From Thiolinea sp. (lineage in GTDB: Bacteria > Pseudomonadota > Gammaproteobacteria > Thiotrichales > Thiotrichaceae), in NCBI GenBank assembly GCA_035391465.1, contig DAOPKY010000007.1:19847-83846 (forward strand): a stretch of 64,000 nt of DNA, in the 5' to 3' direction. Below are positions 62,019 through 64,000 of the stretch, in pieces; positions within the stretch are counted from its first letter, which is position 1, and each line of letters opens with the position of its first letter. The position numbers were made by a program, and so were the translations under genes. The notes beneath the pieces were generated by a model. That model was not told where the DNA came from. It saw only the letters and a program-made list of their open reading frames with translations, and did no database searches.

Positions 62019-62852
62019 ATGAAGACGCTTAAAATTATCCTGTTGCTGCTGGTCGGAGTGGCTGTAGCCGTCGGGCTCTGGTTCTGGCAGCAATACAGCA
62101 GCCTGCATCCGTCTACCGAAGATGCCTATGTTGAAGCCCATACTGTCACCATCAGCCCGCAGGTCAGCGGTCAGGTTGCCGGCGTCCCGGCCTATTCCTA
62201 CCAGACAGTGCAGCAGGGGGATGTGTTGCTGGTACTGGATGACAGCAATTACCGCATTGCACTGGAGCAGGCAAAAGCCCGGCTGACGCTGGCGCAGAGC
62301 GGCGAAACCCACGCCACCGAAGCCAAGGCCCAGCTGCTGGTTGCACAGCTGGCCGTGGAACGTGCCGAGCTGGATCTGGCACATACCACCGTTATTGCAC
62401 CCGTCAGCGGGGTGCTGGGCGAAGTTCGCATCCGCCCCGGTGATTACATCAATACCGGCCAGAACCTGTTCCCCATGGTGGACTACAGCAGCGTCTGGGT
62501 CGCCGCCAATTTCAAGGAAACCGATCTGGAGCACATCCATCCCGGCCAGCCGGTTGATATTGTGCTCGACATGTATCCGAAACTGCATTATCAGGGACAG
62601 GTGGAATCCGTCAGCCCGGCCAGCGGCTCGGCGTTCTCCCTGATTCCTGCCCAGAATGCCACCGGCAACTGGGTAAAGGTAACCCAGCGTTTCCCGGTGC
62701 GCATCTTCATTCCGGATCACGAGGGGCTGCCGCTGCCGAAAGTGGGGGCCAGTGCGGCGGTTACCATTGACGCCAGTGCTGCTACGGACATCACTGCTGC
62801 CACTGCCGGTGTGAAATCCGGACCGGAAAAGATGGCCGGCGAGAACCCGTGA
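62019..62852 (+). CDS. emrA: HlyD-family membrane fusion protein (EmrA-like)
   Basis: N-terminal TM anchor, STEDAYVEAHTVTISPQVSGQV lipoyl-like motif, short coiled coil and beta-barrel region. Confidence 0.88.
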   Translation: MKTLKIILLLLVGVAVAVGLWFWQQYSSLHPSTEDAYVEAHTVTISPQVSGQVAGVPAYSYQTVQQGDVLLVLDDSNYRIALEQAKARLTLAQSGETHATEAKAQLLVAQLAVERAELDLAHTTVIAPVSGVLGEVRIRPGDYINTGQNLFPMVDYSSVWVAANFKETDLEHIHPGQPVDIVLDMYPKLHYQGQVESVSPASGSAFSLIPAQNATGNWVKVTQRFPVRIFIPDHEGLPLPKVGASAAVTIDASAATDITAATAGVKSGPEKMAGENP

Positions 62853-62904
62853 TGCATGGCCTGATTTTCTCTGCACACGCCGTTCCGGCGCGTTGCCGCT
62901 GTCG

Positions 62905-64000
62905 ATGAGTACGCCTGCAGCAACGACCGGTGCCATTGCCAAGCCGGGTGTCTCGCGGGGCCTGATTTCCATCACGGTCATGCTGACCACCATCATGGTG
63001 GTGCTCGACATGACCATCGTGAATGTAGCCCTGCCGGAAATGATGGGTGCGCTGGGAGCGACCTCCGATCAGATCACCTGGGTGCTGACCAGTTATATCG
63101 TGGTGGAAGCCATCCTGATTCCGCTGACCGGCTTTCTGGTTACACTGTTCGGGCGCAAGCGCCTGATGCTGATCTGTGTGGCGGGGTTTGTCTTTGCCTC
63201 TGCCCTGTGCGGGCAGGCTGGCAGTCTGCCCGAAATGATCGGTGCACGGCTGTTGCAGGGATTCTTCGGGGCTTCGGTTGTGCCCCTGTCCCAGTCGATC
63301 ATGATCGATACCTTCCCCAGGGAAGAGCGTGGCAAGGCCATGGCATTCTGGGGCATCGGCGTCATGCTCGGTCCGATTCTGGGGCCGACCCTGGGAGGGT
63401 ATATCACCGACCACATGGGCTGGCGCTGGGTGTTTTACATCAATCTGCCGGTGGGTCTGCTCAACCTGGCGATGGTGTGGTCGCTGCTGCAGCATGAACC
63501 CGGCCACCGGGTCAAGGCTGACTGGCTGGGGGCTTTTGCGCTGGCATTGGGCATCGGCAGCCTGCAGCTGCTGCTGGATGAGGGCAATCAGGAAAACTGG
63601 TTTGACTCCGGGCTGATTCAGGCGCTGGCGGTCATCAGTGCCCTGGCTCTGGGCTATTTTATCCTGCGTTCCTGGAGCCGGCCCGACAGCATTGTCAAAC
63701 TTCAGCTGCTGAAGGACCGCAATCTGGCCACCTCATGCTTCATGATGTTTGCTTTTGGTCTGGGCCTGTTCGGCACCATTGCCCTGCAGCCGATCATGCT
63801 GGAAAACCTGTTCGGTTATAATGCCGAAACAGCCGGGCTGGTCATGGCGCCACGCGGGCTGGCCTCCATGGCCGGCATGTTTCTGGTATCGCGCCTGATC
63901 AACCGGATGGACCTGCGCCTGATCATTCTCATCGGCTTTGCCTTTTCGGCGACCGGAACCTGGATGCTGAGCCAGGAAAGCCTGCAGGCCGCCAGGACCG
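62905..64000 (+). CDS. emrB: DHA2-family MFS efflux permease (EmrB/QacA-like), 3' end beyond window
   Basis: Not in the track because there is no stop in the window. I read it from ATG 62905: MSTPAATTGAIAKPGVSRGLISITVMLTTIMVVLDMTIVNVALPEMMGALGA...GRKRLM...LLQGFFGA... The frame stays open to 64000. Confidence 0.88.
   Translation, partial: MSTPAATTGAIAKPGVSRGLISITVMLTTIMVVLDMTIVNVALPEMMGALGATSDQITWVLTSYIVVEAILIPLTGFLVTLFGRKRLMLICVAGFVFASALCGQAGSLPEMIGARLLQGFFGASVVPLSQSIMIDTFPREERGKAMAFWGIGVMLGPILGPTLGGYITDHMGWRWVFYINLPVGLLNLAMVWSLLQHEPGHRVKADWLGAFALALGIGSLQLLLDEGNQENWFDSGLIQALAVISALALGYFILRSWSRPDSIVKLQLLKDRNLATSCFMMFAFGLGLFGTIALQPIMLENLFGYNAETAGLVMAPRGLASMAGMFLVSRLINRMDLRLIILIGFAFSATGTWMLSQESLQAART

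Overview
This 64 kb window looks like gammaproteobacterial core chromosome of moderately high GC, based on gene content and order; no search was run. It is densely coding, and most long antisense ORFs in the track are GC-driven shadow frames. From 1 to 10.3 kb it holds the end of the S10 operon, then the complete spc and alpha ribosomal-protein operons (rplV' to rplQ, including secY, rpmJ and rpoA). After that come bioB, mnmG-rsmG-parA-parB, rpsT, coaE-zapD, xseB-ispA-dxs, a sigma-32-driven grpE-dnaK-dnaJ-dapB block, and a cytochrome b561-like / cytochrome c' pair. Further on are pyrC, hemCDXY, malic enzyme, L31 type B, purD, ispH, asnB, leuA with a divergent Lrp-family regulator, and an EmrAB-like efflux pair that runs off the 3' edge. 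I found no rRNA, tRNA, CRISPR array or intact mobile element. I cannot point to a clear-cut novel multi-gene system. The observations most worth a second look are: (1) a solitary Cas6/Cmx6-like RAMP gene downstream of pyrC with no array or other cas genes; (2) a 400-nt ORF-free, hairpin-dense GC-rich spacer between leuA and an EamA transporter gene; (3) a secreted protein with no acidic residues built from VYHPPR/VYHRPQ tandem repeats; (4) a DsrC/TusE-family protein lacking both functional cysteines, followed by an unrecognised 65-aa gene; (5) a LysR + TRAP transporter + GMC oxidoreductase + aldehyde dehydrogenase catabolic island; (6) an AT-rich spacer with a truncated relE remnant; and (7) two homopolymer-associated frame breaks (cytochrome b, OMP signal peptide), which could be real pseudogenisation or assembly indels. 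All family assignments come from reading the translations and from memory of conserved motifs, not from searches.
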